NCBI GenBank assembly: GCA_964016885.1
Contig: OZ024754.1
Location: 8,618,001-8,682,000 of the forward strand
Length of the DNA: 64,000 bases
Direction of reading: 5' to 3'
From: Eledone cirrhosa
Taxonomy: Eukaryota
Below the pieces are notes generated by a model that was given only the letters and a program-made list of their open reading frames with translations, made no database searches and was not told where the DNA came from. Positions within the stretch are counted from its first letter, which is position 1. Every line of letters starts with the position of its first letter. Both the position numbers and the translations under genes were made by a program. Of this stretch, positions 62,701-64,000 are shown one piece after another.

Positions 62701-64000
62701 CGGCCAGCTAAACCCTGATCAATACCAGGTTTGAGAGTGATTGAAGCAGTTTTAAGGGTGTATACTTCACATAGGACCTCCTACAGCCAGCTAAACCCTG
62801 GTTTGAGAGTGATTGAGGCAGTTTTAAGGGCGTATACTTCACCTAGGACCTCCTACAGCCAGCTAAACCCTGGCAAAACCCGGTTAGAGAGTGATTGAAG
62901 CAGTTTTAAGGGCGTATACTTCACATAGGACCTCCTACTGCAAGCTAAACCCTGGAAAAACCAGGTTAGAAGGTGATTGAAGCAGTTTTAAGGGCGAATA
63001 CTTCACATAGGACCTCCTACAGCCAGCTAAACCCTGGTCAATACCAGGTTTGAGAGTGATTGAAGCAGTTTTAAGGGTGTATACTTCACATAGGACCTCC
63101 TACAGCCAGCTAAACCCTGGTTTGAGAGTGATTGAGGCAGTTTTAAGGGCGTATACTTCACCTAGGACCTCCTACAGCCAGCTAAACCCTGGCAAAACCA
63201 GGTTAGAGAGTGATTGAAGCAGTTTTAAGGGCGTATACTTCACATAGGACCTCTTACTGCAAGCTAAAACCAGGTTAGAAGGTGATTGAAGCAGTTTTAA
63301 GGGCGTATACTTCACCTAGGACCTCCTCCAGCCAGCTAAACCCTGATCAATACCAGGTTAGAGAGTGATTGAAGCAGTTTTAAGGACGTATACTTCACAT
63401 ATGACCTCCTACAGCCAGCTAAACCCTGGTCAATACCAGGTTAGAGAGTGATTGAAGCAGTTTTAAGGGCGTATACTTCACATATGACCTTCTACTGCCA
63501 GCTAAACCCTGGTCAATACCAGGTTAGAGAGTGATTGAAGCAGTTTTAAGGGTGTATACTTCACATAGGACTTCCTACAGCCAGCTAAACCCTGGTTTGA
63601 GAGTGATTGAGGAAGTTTTAAGTACGTATACTTCACCTAGGACCTCCTACAGCCAGCTAAACCCTGGCAAAACCAGGTTAGAGAGTGATTGAAGCAGTTT
63701 TAAGGGCGTATACTTCACCTAGGACCTCCTACAGCCAGCTAAACCCTGGCAAAACCAAGTTAGAGAGTGATTGAAGCAGTTTTAAGGCATATACTTCACA
63801 TAGGACCTCCTATGGCCAGCTAAACCCTGGCAAAACCAAGTTAGAGAGTGATTGAAGCAGTTTTAAGGCATATACTTCACCTAGGACCTCCTCCAGCCAG
63901 CTAAACCCTGGTCAATACCAGGTTTGAGAGTGATTGAAGCAGTTTTAAGGGTGTATACTTCACATAGGACTTCCTACAGCCAGCTAAACCCTGGTTTGAG
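50716..64000. repeat. 83-bp satellite DNA array (72/82/83-bp variants) with higher-order repeats; continues past the window end
   Basis: Monomer aagggcgtatacttcacataggacctcctacagccagctaaaccctggtcaataccaggttagagagtgattgaagcagtttt; period 83 from 50716 to 50799. Confidence 0.98.

Overview
AT-rich, repeat-dense eukaryotic DNA. The SINE families, (TA)n tracts and intron style suggest an octopus/coleoid cephalopod, which is an inference. Two spliced genes lie head-to-head. On the minus strand, AP-1 adaptor subunit mu-1 (AP1M1) has 8 coding exons from 10091 to 687 (348 codons), and its 3' end lies outside the window. On the plus strand, a Praja-like RING-H2 E3 ligase has 7 exons from 24720 to 36082 (about 963 aa); its RING exons are missing from the ORF track. 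Introns and intergenic DNA contain SINEs, piggyBac-, hAT- and mariner-like MITEs, RTE and Gypsy-like relics, several minisatellites and a 200-N gap. The most notable signal is about ten type-I hammerhead-ribozyme-like motifs from several families. Most sit in short inverted-repeat elements inserted in (TA)n tracts, resembling Penelope pseudo-LTRs or retrozymes; they include a near-perfect 108-bp hairpin with a hammerhead on each strand and a three-copy family with a long conserved stem II. The last 13.3 kb is an 83-bp satellite with higher-order repeats (1758-bp and 9463-bp offsets). Its degenerate progenitor monomers and duplicated flank are visible just upstream.
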